Part shown: positions 15,431-30,100 of the stretch, piece after piece
Layout of the letters: the number at the start of each line of letters is the position of its first letter
Position numbering within the stretch: the first letter of the stretch is position 1
Assembly: GCF_009914755.1 (NCBI RefSeq)
Contig: NC_060929.1
Source: the human T2T-CHM13v2.0 reference genome, Homo sapiens
DNA: 64,000 bases
Direction: 5' to 3' (one strand)
Made by a program: the position numbers and the translations under genes
Notes under the pieces: model-generated
Databases searched by the model: none
What the model was told of the DNA's origin: nothing
The model's input: the letters and a program-made list of their open reading frames with translations, nothing else

Positions 15431-15954
15431 CCATCTGAGAAAGTCTAGAAAACCAGGTAGAAAACAATGAGCCACATTTTCCTTCTGAAGGTAATTAATT
15501 AAACTTGGTAGGGGTTAGGCCAGCTCACAAGGGGAGACTTTATTTTGTGTCTTTTAAATTGGTATTTGTACTGAGAAACTGGTAATTTTCTTTATGGACC
15601 ATGACTGGAAACAGGTCTAAGAATGAAAGAACTGTGTCAAGACTGCCTTTAGAACTGTAAATCTTGAGATTTGGGTATGATGAACTGTCAATGCTAAGCT
15701 TAGTTGGCTGACACAAGGACACCTCTGGAGGTTGCTGGATCCTTGAGGGTGGTATTGTTTGTTGTTTGAGTGGAAGTTACCTCTTAAGTGCTGGGCACTC
15801 AGACTGTAGGATATTCACTAGTTGTCTGATGTTACAAAGGGATCTCAGACCACTGGCACCGTATCTGTAATCATTTAGGCAATTGACCCAAGCTGTCATT
15901 GGTACTCTAGGGAGTCATAGGAAGTTTTCAAGATTGACATGACTTTTCAAAAAA

Positions 15955-16100
15955 TTTATTTAATTTAACACTTACTAAGTATCTGTTATGGGTCAAGCAC
16001 TGTGTGCTGTGATGAAAGAAGAGAGATGAACAAGGTCAGATCTACCAAAAGACAGAGATATGCAAATAAGGCCATTTCACTGCAGGATGGGAAATGCCAT
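15955..16100 (-). mobile_element. L2 3' end relic
   Basis: 'acacttactaagtatctgttatgggtcaagcactgtg...agatgaacaag'. Confidence 0.5.
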
Positions 16101-16809
16101 GATAAAAGGTAAAAGCAAGGGAGGTCTTCTAGGCGAAGGGAAGCCACTTGAAAAGAATGGAGAAATGATGTCCCAGGGACTAATTATATATTACAGGACT
16201 ATGTGGGAAGTGATAGGAGTTGAGGCTTACATGGTAAGTAGTATCTAGGACATAAAGGAGAAGTTTATTATTGAAAAGACTTACCTGAAATGACTATATG
16301 AAATGCCTTTGTTTTCTTGAGAACTATCTTAGAGACTTGGTAAGGAGTTTTTAAAAGAGGACATCAAAAATTATAAGCCTTATGAGTTGGAAAGAATCTT
16401 AGAGGGCATGTAGCACGTAGTTGTATAATTCTAGCTAAATATAGGGTAATAAATTGGTCTATGAAAATGAAAAGATACCACAGTTGATTAATAGACTAAA
16501 CATTTAATTGCTAAAATTTTTTCTTGCTCTTATTCTTGAATTTTAAAAAGTATTTTATGAATGCTATTTGAAATTAATTATACTAAATTTATATTGATAT
16601 TCTGTTCCCCAGGCATTTTCTAATTTGTTCTTAAATCATTTTTTTAGATAGGCACAGAGAGTAGATTATCTGCATTTTATAATGGACTAAGAGATATTTT
16701 GTATGGGTTGTGAATAACCCATGATCAAACACTTAGTAATTTCCTCAACCAGGAGTAATACTTCTGATTTCTAACTTCAAATGTCATGTTTAAGATCACA
16801 ATACTTATA

Positions 16810-17030
16810 AAATAGTAGTCGTCTGTGTTTAAGAGTCTTCTATGTAGAAGGGCCTCTGGATGCTACTTTCATATGTTATCTTATTTTCCTTCCCAATGAT
16901 CCCATAAGACAGGTGGTGCTATAGAGACACCAAGACTTGTAGACACTGGATCATTTCAATCTTCGTCAAAGCAGAAGGGGGCTGAAACTCCTCTCCTCTG
17001 ATTTCAAGCCCCTGGTCTTTCTGCCTCACT
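16810..17030 (-). mobile_element. MIR relic
   Basis: 'actttcatatgttatcttattttccttcccaatgatcccataagacagg...gaaactcctctcctctgatttcaagccc'. Confidence 0.5.
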
Positions 17031-17270
17031 AGATCATCTTAGCTGTTGTTTTCAGTCTCTCAAAAGTACTCTTTCAACTAAACAACAAAATATTTGCCCT
17101 TCCACCTTGGGAAAGACTCAATTGTTAAAACAGCTTTAAAATTAATGGACTTTGAATTGTTAAATAAGAATAAGACAGATATGTCAATTCCAACTATATG
17201 CCTGAGGAAAATGTGTTTCTTTATTGAGGGCTATGCTTCTTATTGTTTAAATTTTGAGTCAGTTGGGCTA

Positions 17271-17667
<397 letters not shown>

Positions 17668-17930
17668 GCTCCTTCTTCACACTACCCCACTCCTTTGCCA
17701 TCTCCCCTAGATAATGTAGCTTAATTTTTTTTGTCTCCCATAATATTTGCATTCCATGAAGAACTTCAGCTGTGTTATTCAATACTTCAAGTTAGCATTT
17801 CAAGCTGAACGTATGTGTTTCAGGTACATTTCCTGAAATGAAATGAAGGTATTACCTTCATTTCCAGGATCCCTGTTATCTTGAAGTTTATTTACTACAT
17901 AGAGAAATAAAATACAAAAATGTATTTTTG

Positions 17931-18259
<329 letters not shown>

Positions 18260-18413
18260 TTAAATGGAATATGTGCAACAACTGTAAAAAATAATTGACT
18301 GGGTTATAGGTCTTAAAAAAAGAGAGACCTAATTTACCAAACTACTTAGAGGAAGGAAAGCATAATTTTATCTTTATTTCAACTGTAATAATAAATTATC
18401 TTCTAAAGTAATA

Positions 18414-20747
18414 CTGGCATACCTCATTTTATTACGATTCACTTTTTTGTGCTTCAGTTATTGTGTTTTTCACCAATTGAAGGTTTGTGGCAACCCTGTG
18501 TCTAGCAAATTTGTCAGCACTTTTTTTTTCTAACAGCGTGTGCTTACTTTGTATTTCTCTGTCACATTTTGGTAATCCCTACAATAATAATAATCATTAT
18601 TATTACATCAGTTATGGTGATCTGTGATCAGTGGTCTTCAATGTTACTATTGTAATTCTTTGGGGTGCCACAAAAATGCCTATATAAGACTTCCAACTAA
18701 TTGAGAAATGTTGTGTATGTTCTGACTACTACACTCATTGGCCATTTCCGTCTTTCTTCCTCTCCTTGGTCCTCTCTGTTCCCTAAGACACAATAATATT
18801 GAAATTTGACCAGTTAGTAACCCTGCAATGACCTCTAAGCATTCAAGTGAAAGGAAGAGTCCCACATCTCTCCTTTCAGTGAAAAGCTGGAAATGATTAA
18901 ACTTAGTGAGGAGGGCATGTCTAAAGCCAAGACAGGCCAAAAGCTAGGCCTCTTGCACCAAACAGTTAGCCAAGTTGTGAATTCAATGGAAAGATTCTTG
19001 AAGAAAATTAAAAGTACTTCTCTGGTGAACACACAAATGATAAGCAAAACAGCCTTATTGCTGATGAGAAAGTTTTAGTGATCTGGATAGACGATTAAAC
19101 ATTTCCTTAAGCCAAAACCTGGTCCAGAGCAAATCCCTAAGTTTCTTCAATTCTGTGAAGGCTGAGAAACTTCATAAAGGCTAAAAGGTGAAGAAGATGT
19201 AGGAGAGAAATTTGGAGCTAGCAATGGTTTTATCATGGGGATAAGGAAATAAACAATTTCTATAACATAAAAGTGCAATATAAAGCAGCAGCAGATGATG
19301 GAGAAGCTGTAGCAAGTTATCCAGAAGACCTAAGATAATTGATTAAGGTGGCTACACTAAATAACAGATTTACAATGAAGATGAAATAGCTTTCTATTGA
19401 AAGAAGGTGCCACCTAGGACTTTCATAGCTGGAGAGAAGTCAGTGCCTGGATTCAGAGTTTCAAAGGACATTCTGACACTGTTTTTAGGGGCTAATGCAC
19501 CTGATGACTTTAAGTTGAAGCTGGTGCTTATCTGTCATTCTGAAAATCCTGGTGCCCTTAAGAATGATGCTAAATCTACTTTGCCCTTGCTCTAGAAATG
19601 GAACAACAAAGCCTGAATGAAAGCACATCTGTTTACAGCACGATAAACTGCATAAATTAAGACTACTGTTGAGACCTACTACTCAGAAAAAAATATTTCT
19701 TCTAAAATATCACTGCTCATTGGCAATGCACCTGGTCAACTAAGAACTCTGATGAAGATGTACATAAATTAATGTTGTTTTCATGCCTGTTATCACAACA
19801 GCCATTCTGCAGCTCATAGATCAAGGAGTAATTTTGACTTTAAAGTCTTATCATTTAAGAGTAATATTTCATAAGGTTATTGCTGCCATACATAGTAATT
19901 CTTCTGATGGATATGGGAAAAGTAAATTAAAAACATTCTGGAAAAGATTCACCATTATAGATGCCATTAAGAACGTTTGTGATTCATGGGAAGAATTCAA
20001 AATGTTGACATTAACTGGAGTTTGGAAGAAGTTGATTCCAACCCTCATGGATGACTTTGAGAGGTTAAAGACTTCAGTGGAGGAAGTAACTGCCTATGTG
20101 TAAATAGCAAGAGAACTAGAAGTAGTGCCTGAAGATATAACTGAATTGCTGCAATTTTATGATAAAAATTTAATGGATGAGAGATTTCTTTTTATGTATG
20201 AGCAAACAAAGTGGTTTCTTGAGATGATATCTACTTCTGGTGAAAATGTTGTGAACATTGATGACATAACAGATTTGGAATATTGCATAAACTTAGTTTT
20301 TAAAGCTATGGCGGGGTTTGAAAGTATTGACTCCAATTTTGAAAGAAATTCTACTGTGTGTAAAATGCTATCAGCCTCTCATGCTACACGTAAGTCTTTT
20401 GTGAAAGCAAGAGTCCATTCACGTGGCAAATTTTAGTGCTGTCTTATTTTAAGACTTTGCCACAGCCATCCCAACCTTAGCCCAACACCACCCTGATTAT
20501 TCAGCAGCTATTGCTAACAAGGCAAGAGCTTCTACCATTAGAAGGATTTCAGCTTGTTGAAGGCTCAGATGACCATTAACATTTTTAGAAATAAAGTATT
20601 TTTAATTAAGGTATGCACATTTTTTTAGACATAATGCTATTACATACATATAGACTACAGTATAAAGTTGATTTTTATATGCAGTGGGAAACAGAAAAAA
20701 TAGTATGGCTCTGGAACTAAATTCACAATACCTCCAAGGTATGCCTA
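18414..20747 (+). mobile_element. Essentially full-length Tigger1 DNA transposon with a decayed pogo/CENP-B-like transposase
   Basis: TA-flanked TIRs (ctggcatacctc...aggtatgccta). ORF fragments MIKLSEEGMSKA..., [16 protein letters not shown]..., [13 protein letters not shown]... match the Tigger1 transposase but are broken by stops and frameshifts. Confidence 0.96.
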
Positions 20748-21019
20748 TATTTGTAAATTATATGCCTTGGTTTTAGCTTTTTATTGTGACCTTAAGTAAT
20801 TCATCATTGAATGTAGAGCACAAATTCTGACAACATGCTCTTAACCCGGAATAAAACTTCCTTTTCTCTGTTCTTAATTTCATTTTTTAAAATAATAGGA
20901 CAATCCAATCTTTAATTTCTCTAAGTCTCAAATAGGTTATCTCTCTCTGTCTAACCAATAGATTTTTTTTTATACTAAAGCCCAGTTCTACCATTAATTT
21001 CTAGGCAGAAAAGTCCTAG

Positions 21020-21165
21020 TAAACTTCCTGGATTAGAATCTTGCCTCTACCGTTTTCTAGCAATGTGACTTAATCTCTCTGTGCTTCAATTTTATGATCT
21101 ATAAAGTAGAGATGATAATAAAACCCACTGGATAAGGTTATTATTATAAGGATTAAATGAGTAAG
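21020..21165 (+). mobile_element. MIR fragment
   Basis: 'cttaatctctctgtgcttcaattttatgatctataaagtagagatgataata...aggattaaatgag'. Confidence 0.7.
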
Positions 21166-21533
21166 CTTTTTATCCTAATAAGTAAATAAAAATTAAGCTC
21201 ATTAACCTGATTTTCAAGATTTTTTACTATCTAATTTAATGGCATTTTCTGCAAAGTATGTTCTTTTTTAAAAATATGCATACTCCAGTTAAGCTGAAAC
21301 ATGCCTAATTTCTTATTGGCTCCAACTTTCACACCTCTGCGGATGCCACTCTCTTTAAATAAAATATCCTCTATCTGCTTTCCAGTTGCCAGAATCTATT
21401 AACATTTGCTATAACATAGTTTAGTCCTAGGATAATACTCACAAATTCTCAAGGTATAGGGATGTCCAACTTAGTACAAACTCTATTACCACTTCACACA
21501 CAGGCTTAGTATAAGGCTATAGATTTAGGGTGG

Positions 21534-21892
21534 TATATTAGTGTATTCTCACACTGCTGATAAAGACATACTGAGACTGGGAGGATAAAAGAGGTTTAAT
21601 TGAACTTACAGTTCCAAATGGCTGGGGAGGCCTCAGAACCATGGCAGGGGGTGAAAGGCACTTCTTACATGGTGGTGGCAGGAGAAAATGAGGAAGATGT
21701 GAAAGCGGAAATCCCTGATAAAACCATCAGATCTCATAAGACTTATCCACTACCATGAGAACAGTATGGCAGAAACCACCCTCATGATTCAAATTAATTA
21801 TCTCCCACCAGGTCCCTCCTGCAACACGTAGGAATTATGGGAATACAATTCAAGATGAGATTTGGGTGGGGACACAGAGCCAAACCATATCA
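21534..21892 (-). mobile_element. THE1 (A/B-like) solo LTR
   Basis: Reverse complement begins tgatatggtttggctctgtgtccccacccaaatctc and ends cactaatata. Confidence 0.92.
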
Positions 21893-22664
21893 GGCATTAG
21901 TCCTTTGACCAACTGATCAAAGGCCACAAGCTAAAGAGAAATTGGATTTGGAATTTGCTTGCCAAGAAGATTACTTAGAACTGAGAGTAGTTTTCCCTTA
22001 AGTGTATGGTGATAGCTTTCCTTCCCTACTCAAGAGATTTCTATGTTTCTTCCCTGATTTATTTGATGTACTTATTAGGACCTGAAGAGCTAGGTTTTTT
22101 GTTTCATTTACAACACATGATTTTCAGAAAACATTTAGCTGTAAGAGTAGTTTTACTCTCAACAGATTATAAACAAAACCTAAATAACAATATCGAATGC
22201 TGTATTACCTTAACAAGTCCTGATCCCCAATCTCTCCCCAATTTGATCCTTCAGGATCCAGCTCAGATTCTTGATCCTCCCTTTTCATTCATCTCTTTCT
22301 TCTGAATGCCCATCATAATTTTTGCCTGTCTTGCTGAACCCATTCAGTCCTTCTGTGTCCTAAAGTTATTTTTGCACTTGATTTATCTCATTAAGAAATA
22401 GTGAGCAAATTTGGGGGAAGTTTGCTGCATTTTTGTGTTATCCACAAGTATTTTGTCAGTAAGAATTTCTTAATAAATATTTTACTTTATACTTATTCTG
22501 TTGTGATTGGCAATATTTGATACTCATTCTATAAAGCCTGATTCAGTGTTGAAGGTTGAAGTTTTAGAGAATTTTACTTTCTTTAAAAACCTTGAGAATT
22601 TAAATTATAGCTAATTTATCTAGAATTGTTAGAAGCTAAGATTTACACTTGAACGAAGTTATTG

Positions 22665-22870
22665 GGAGACTTAGAAGTTAGACAAATCCTGGTTCATATC
22701 ACTATGTGGCTGCTTCTTGATATGTGGCCTCTCCAAGTTCCAGCTTCTATAATTATAAAATGGAGAAGTAAAATTATAAAATGGTGTTGCTGAACATAGA
22801 ATGAGACCTTGACTATAAAGTCAAGCTCCTATCTCATGATATGCATTCAGTAAGGATTAGCTGTTATTAT
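22665..22870 (+). mobile_element. MIR relic
   Basis: 'agaagttagacaaatcctggttc...tataaaatggagaagtaa...cagtaaggattagctgttattat'. Confidence 0.55.
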
Positions 22871-23041
22871 AAATATGAATAAAATGAATGTGTATATCAA
22901 TTACTCATAATTGTTCACCACAGTTCTGGTATAGAGTAGTGCACAATAAACAAAGCTTCTTTGATTTTTTATTCTTTAGATTTGATCTTATAGTATTCCT
23001 ATTCCAAACTGTTCTAATTCAAATTAAATAATTGTACTGTA

Positions 23042-23507
<466 letters not shown>

Positions 23508-23736
23508 TTATTCGTTTATGAAAGATGTACAGTGTATCTGCATTTCATGGTGTCCTTAGAACTCTATACATTATAAATTATACATTATTAAGTAAAATAC
23601 AAAATAGATTTTATTAATTTATTTTAATATATGCAATAACTGCTTTTGTGGTTTTAAGTAGAAACAAACATAATTCTTATGTTAGTTTATTTTATTTTTT
23701 CTGAATTATTTGTATAATTACTTTCTGTTTTCTCAG

Positions 23737-23824
23737 AACTAACCTCATAGCCTGTGTTGGACATATAAGTAGCCTTCGTTGATTTCAATTTTCAGAATTA
23801 TAGCAATTGATATGTCATATCATG
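23737..23824 (+). other. Candidate 88-nt exon ending in ATG, with an alternative inner acceptor at 23796 (unverified)
   Basis: Acceptor actttctgttttctcag|AA and donor ATG|gtaagg, inside a repeat-free island. Confidence 0.35.
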
Positions 23825-25029
23825 GTAAGGATAATTTTAAAATAGTAAACTTAGAGATTAATCGTGTTGTAAATAAAAATGCAGAAGGGCTGAGGAGTTC
23901 TTCTCTTGAATCTTCGAAAGTACCAAGTAAAGATACAAATTTTACAATGGCATCTTCTTGAAGAGACATGCTGAAACAGTTTTGTAAGAGTAGCTTGTGT
24001 CCCTATTTGATATGTATAAGATAAAAAGCCCAGGATTGCTGTTATAGTCTTTATTTATTATGCAGTACAACAGCTTGAATCTTTATGTAGCATTTTGGAC
24101 GTCTATCACTTTCATCATCAAAATGTCTGAAAAGACAAAGTAGCATAACCAAGGCATTATACTGTGTTGCAGTTTTGCCATACATAATGATAAAGATGTC
24201 ATACTACCCTTCCATAAATTTTGCTAACAAACTTAGCTTGTTTGAAGTCTGCATGCTGCTTCCAAAAGACTGTCTTTCTAACATAAATTTCAGATTAAAA
24301 TACTCGACTTATTAACATGGAAAATATACTTGTAAATCTGAAGAATAAAATGCAGAATAACTCTTGTCATAGGAGCTGTATACTGCAAGTGGATGCCTAG
24401 TGTTCTTGACTGAATTGATAGTAAATGCAACTAAGTTGCAAAATGGTATATTCTGGACAACATAATTTTGGTTTTGATTTGACAGATAGTGCTTCAAACA
24501 ATACATTAAATTCATATGAAGTGAATTCATGGTAAATAAGAATTTTTTATATCATGAATTTAAGAAGATAGGCTTTCGGTGAGTGACAGAGCCATAATCT
24601 TTTGTGGTGGTTTATTTCCAAAGCAATCTCAAATACAACTGCTTTACACATTATTCATCTCTCCTTTGTCTTTGTTGCCCATTGTGCATGTAACCCATCC
24701 CTATGAAGACCACAACTTATTGTTTAAATGGAGATTTTTGTCTCCATAACTTAGCTAACAAATGACTTTAGATTTCATAATAATGGTTGTTAATTTATAG
24801 GGTATGTAGAAGAATTTCGTTACATTATTAACATTTTATTGTCCCCCATGTAATGTTCCAAAATGTCAATGTTAAATTACTAACTTCTAAAAATATATTA
24901 CTCTTTTTTTAGAGAAGCATGAGATAATTGAAGTTACCTTCTTTAACAGATTACAAAAACCTAAGATATAATTTACTTCATTTGCAATTTCTCTTTTAAT
25001 TACTAACTTAAGAAATAACTTTGTTACCC

Positions 25030-27742
25030 ATACCAGAATCTCGGTCACAGCTAAGGCAGTGTTAAGAGGGAAATTTATAGTCCTAAATGCCCACATCCAA
25101 AAGTTAGAAAGATCTCAAGGTAACAACTTAACATCACAACTGTAAGAACTAGAGAAGCAAGAGCAAAGAAACCCCAAAGCTAGCAGAAGACAAGAAATAA
25201 TGAAAATAAGAGCTGAACTGAAGGAGATTGAGATAGGAAAAACCATACAAAAGATGAAGAAATCTAGAATTGATTTTTTTGAAAAAACTAATAAGATAGA
25301 CTACTAACTAGAAGGAAAGAAAGAAAATCCAAATAAGCACAATTACAAATGGCAAAGGGAACGTTACCGCTGACCCCAAAGAGATACAAATAATCACTAG
25401 AGACTACTAGGAATACCTCTATGTACACAAATTAGAATATCTGGGAGAAGTGGATAAATTCCTAGACACCTAACACCCTCCCAAGCTGAACCAGGAGGAA
25501 ATTGCTTCCCTGAATAGATCAGTAATGAGCTCCAAAACTGAATCAGTAATAAATACCCTACCAAGAAAAAAAAAAGCCCAGAACCAGTTGGATTCACACC
25601 TGAATTCTATCAGATGTACAAAAAAAGAGCTGATACCATTCCTACTGAAACTCTTCCAAAAAATTCTGGAGGAGGTACTTCTCTCCAATTCATTCCATGA
25701 GGCCAGCACCATCCTGATACCAAAACCTGGTAGAGGCACAACGAAAGGAAGGATATCAGGACAATATCCTTGATGAACATAGATGCAAAAATCCACAAGA
25801 AAATACCAGCAAACCGAATCTAATAGCACATCAAAAAGTGAATCTACCACAATAAAATAGGCTTTATCCCTGGAATACAAGTTTGGCTCAACATATGCAA
25901 ATCAATAAATGTGATTCATCACATAAAGAAAATTAAAGACAGAAATCACATTATAATCTCAGTAGATGTAGAAAAAGCTTTTGATAAAATACAACATCTT
26001 TTCATGTTAAAAACCCTCAAAAATGAGGCACAGAAGGAACGTACTTCAAAATAATAAGAGCCACTTATGACAAACCCACAGCTAACATCATACTGACTGA
26101 GCAAAAGCTAGAAGCATTCCCCTTGAACACTGGCACAAGATAAGGATGCCCTCTCTCACCACACCTATTAAACATAGTATTGGAAGTCCTGGCAAGAGCA
26201 ATCAGGCAAAAGAAAGAAATAAAAGTCAACCAAATAGGAAGAGAGGAAGTCAAACTATCCCTATTTGCAGATGAAATGATTCTATATCTAGAAAACCCCA
26301 TAGTTTCAGGATACAAGATCAACGTCCAAAGTCCGTAGCATTCCTATACAGCAACAACATCCAAGCTGAGAGCCAAATCAGGAACACAATTCCATTCACA
26401 GTAGCCACAAAAAAATAATAGTAATAAAATACCTAGGAATACAGCTAATCAAGGTGATGAAAAATCTCTACAATGAAACACTGCTGAAAAGAAATCAGAG
26501 ATGATGCAAACAAATAGAAAAACATCTGATGCTCATGGATAGGAAGAACAAATATTATTCAAATGGCCATACTGCCCAAAGCAATTTACAGATTCAATGC
26601 TATTCCTATAAAACTACTGAAGAAATTCTCCACAGTACTAGAAAAAAACTATTTTAAAATTCATAAAGAACAGAGCAAGAGCCCTAATACCCAAGGCAAT
26701 CCTAAGCAAAAAGAACAAAGCTGGAGGCATCATGCTGCCTGATTTCAAACTACACTATAGGGCTACAGTAGCCAAAACAGCATGGTACTTGTACAAACAC
26801 GGACAGGTAGACCAATGGAACAGAATAGAGAGCCCAGAAATAATGCTGCATACCTAAAGCCATCGATCTTTGACAAAGCTGACAAAAACAAGCAATGGGG
26901 AAAGGACTCCCTATTCAATAAATGGTGTTGGGATGACTGGCTAGCCATATGCAGAAAATTGAAACTGGACCAATTCCTTACACCATATACAAAAACCAAC
27001 CAAAAATGGGATGAAGACTTAAATGTATAACCTAAAACTATAAAAACCATGGAAGATAACCTAGGAAATATAATTCTGAACATAGGAACTGGTATAGGCA
27101 TCATGACGAAGGACCAAGTTGCCAAAAGCAATTGCAACAAAAGCAAAAATTGACAAATGGGATCTAATTAAACCAAAGAGCTTGTTCACAGCAAAAGAAA
27201 ATACCAATAGAGTAAACAGACAACCTATAAAATGGAAGAAAGATTCTAATATCCAAAATCTATAAGAAACTTAACGAAATTTGCAAGCAAAATCAAACAA
27301 TCTCATTAAAAAGTGGGCAAATAGCATGAATAGACAGTATATAGACATATAGAAGACATATATGCAGTCAACCATCATATGAAGGAAAGCTCAACATTAC
27401 TAATCATTAGAGAAAAGCAAATCAAATCCACAATGAGATACCATTTCACATTAGTCAGAAGGGCTATTATCAAAAAGTCAAAAAAAAAAATAAAAAGATG
27501 TTGGTGTGGTTGTGGAGAAAAGGAAATGCTTGTACACTGCTAGTGGCAGTGTAAATTAGTTCAACCATTGTCGGAAATAGTGTGACAATTTATGAGGGAG
27601 AAGATTAGTAAAAATAACTATTGGGTTATATGCTTAGTACCTGAGTAACAAAATTGTCTGTACACCACACTCCATGACACAACTTTGCCTGTGATAAACC
27701 TGCACACGCACACCTGTGAACCTAAAATAAAAGTTAAAAAAA
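25030..27742 (+). mobile_element. 5'-truncated L1PA15/16-like element with internal deletions
   Basis: ORF2p fragments ([44 protein letters not shown]); 3' end 'gaacctaaaataaaagttaaaaaa'; deletions near 26305 and 27590. Confidence 0.93.
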
Positions 27743-28199
27743 TTCAATGACTCAATCACTTTGTTCTCAGGGTCTTAATAGAATTTGTGATGTTCTTATG
27801 ATTCTCCTTTTGCCATTTAGTACACACCTTTTTCATGTAAATACTTTGAAGAGTTTTGGATCTCTAATATTGCTTTATCTTGACAGTAGTCTTATTTAGA
27901 AAAATTTAACTTTGCAACTTGCATATACCTTTAGTATTTCTATCGTTAAAATTACCTAATATATTTCCTGTCAAAATGTAATATTTTGTAAGCACATTTT
28001 CAGTTTGAGGTTTTCATAGCAAATCAAAAGATGAGCAGTGATTGTGAAACTTGCAGAATGTTCTTATCATAACTAAAGATGGGAAATAGGACAGCCTTTT
28101 TATGACTTACAATTTTATCTCTGTATCTCTTCATCCATCCATTTATCTGTCTCATTCCAGATGTTCTATTTTTTTTATCTCTTGTCTTTTTTTTTTTTA

Positions 28200-28530
28200 A
28201 TCCATCGGCCATTGTGATCAATTTACTTATACAATCTTGATTTGGGCTCATGGAATATGAGAAGGAACCTGCTGAAGCTTATGGGAAAGTCTTTTTCTTT
28301 TCCTACATAAGGTACCTAAACTTCATCTGGATACTGTGGTACAGTGGGACAGACTCAGTCCCCAGCGTGAAGTTAAAACATCTGAAGGAAGAGCTGAACA
28401 ATTTCCACAAAACCGGAACCTGATTATATTGAAAAACCTGAGGACCAAACTCTTCCTAGAGTTTCCCTTACCATTGAAACTTCTATGTATTTGGGGCCAT
28501 TTAATTACTTTCGTTTTTCTTCTTTGTTGT
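28200..28530. mobile_element. Very old MLT1-like LTR relic
   Basis: 'gcttatgggaaagtcttttt...ctgaaggaagagctgaa...aaaccggaacctgat' loosely resembles MLT1J/K. Confidence 0.4.
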
Positions 28531-28549
28531 AGGAAGCATTTTTCTCTTC

Positions 28550-30100
28550 ATTTTTTTAACATAATGAAATATGTCAACCATATGAAAAGTGCAGAGGATG
28601 AGATAATCAATACCTCTATATCAACTGCCCAACTTAAAGCAAATATTTTTTGTATTTGATTTTAAACTTTTTTACACCAAACAAAATATCACAAATACAA
28701 CGTATATCATTTGTGTAAGCCCCCTAATTCAGCTCTTCTCTTCGTTCTCCCTTTCTCTGTCCCTGCATGTTAACCAAATCCTCAATTTCATATTTATTAT
28801 TATAATGCATTTTTTCTGTATTTATGTTCCATGTATGTATAAGTCCAAATAAAATATGCATAATTTTAAAATTCTGTCTGGTTTGTATTATATGTATTTG
28901 TGAAAAAAAAATTATGCAACAGTCTTCTTTCTAGAACTTCTGGTTATAGTTTATGCATTTTTATTTCCAGGAACTATTTCTTTATAGAATATGAAGGGCA
29001 TTACATCCTATACATATACAAAAATTTATTTATCTACTCACCTGTTGAGTCACAATCATGGTTTTCTAATTTTTCTTATTAAGGATTTTATATTTTTAAT
29101 GTAATGAATGTTTATTTCTTGATAACAAGTGTTCATTTGCCATTCAGTAATTTTTTTGCTTACTTAAGTTATATTTTTACTGGATCATCTCTCTTTTTAC
29201 ATTGATTTATAGAAGACTTTATTTATTGTATTTGAGTACTAGTACTTTATAAGGTGTATGCTTTAAAAATTTCTTCCATTCTATTGGTTGTTTTTAATAT
29301 TGTTAATATTATATCTCATAATTTACAGTAAAAATTTTCACCATTGCTATGCTTTGTGCTTTGTGAGTCTTGTTAAGAAGTCCATTTGTATTCCAGGGTT
29401 ATAAAACTATATTTTCCTGTGTTTTTTCTAAAATTTTATGTATTTTAAGAATTTTTTGTGTATTAATGTTTCTCTATAATTTCTAAAATACTAAAATTCT
29501 GACATTCACATTTAAATGTTTAATTAATACAGATTTATTTTGGAATGTCATAGAAGCAGGAATAAAGGTATTCTAATATCCCATATTTATAGCATATTCT
29601 CAAACAACGTGTAGTCTTTCCCCTTACAGATTTATTACATCAGGTCCCTATCAGTATGGGTGTATTTCAAGGATTCTGTTCTCTTGCTTGATCTGAGTAA
29701 CATGATCATAGACTATGTAACAATGTTATATTTCCTTAATTTCTGTAACTATAGTGTCTGGATATTTAGGAGCGTGATTCTTCCAAATCTGTAAGGCTCA
29801 GTTATCTTTCTACTTCTCTTCCTCCATCTCCTCCTTCTAAATCTTCTAAATATTTTTGGATATTTTTCTCCCTTTGCCTTTTCATTTGAAATGTAAGATC
29901 AACTTGTCAATTTTTGTAAAATATTCCTTTAGAATTTTAGTGAAATCTCTTTGGATGTGTAGAATAATTTGGGGTGAATGGCTGTTGCTATAATATGGAG
30001 GTCTCCCAGTAATGAATATGGATTATGAATATGGAGGTCTCCCAGTCATGAATATGGATTATGTATACAAACATACAGGACCGTCCTGAAGAAGTTTCAT
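28550..30100 (-). mobile_element. Old L1M (L1ME-like) fragments
   Basis: T-rich reverse-complement L1 motifs ('tttcatttgaaatgtaagatcaacttgtcaattt', 'gtagaataatttggggtgaatgg'). Confidence 0.6.
29992..30063. repeat. 36-bp tandem duplication (AATATGGAGGTCTCCCAGTMATGAATATGGATTATG x2)
   Basis: Two adjacent copies with one mismatch. Confidence 0.95.

Noticed and set aside
18893-20436. Transposase-like ORFs as a TIGD-type gene
   Set aside because: Broken into short pieces in different frames inside a Tigger1 fossil.
24060-24565. Hairpins as possible pre-miRNAs (24061-24170, 24522-24562)
   Set aside because: Stems are short, AT-rich and interrupted, and no known mature miRNA is recognised.
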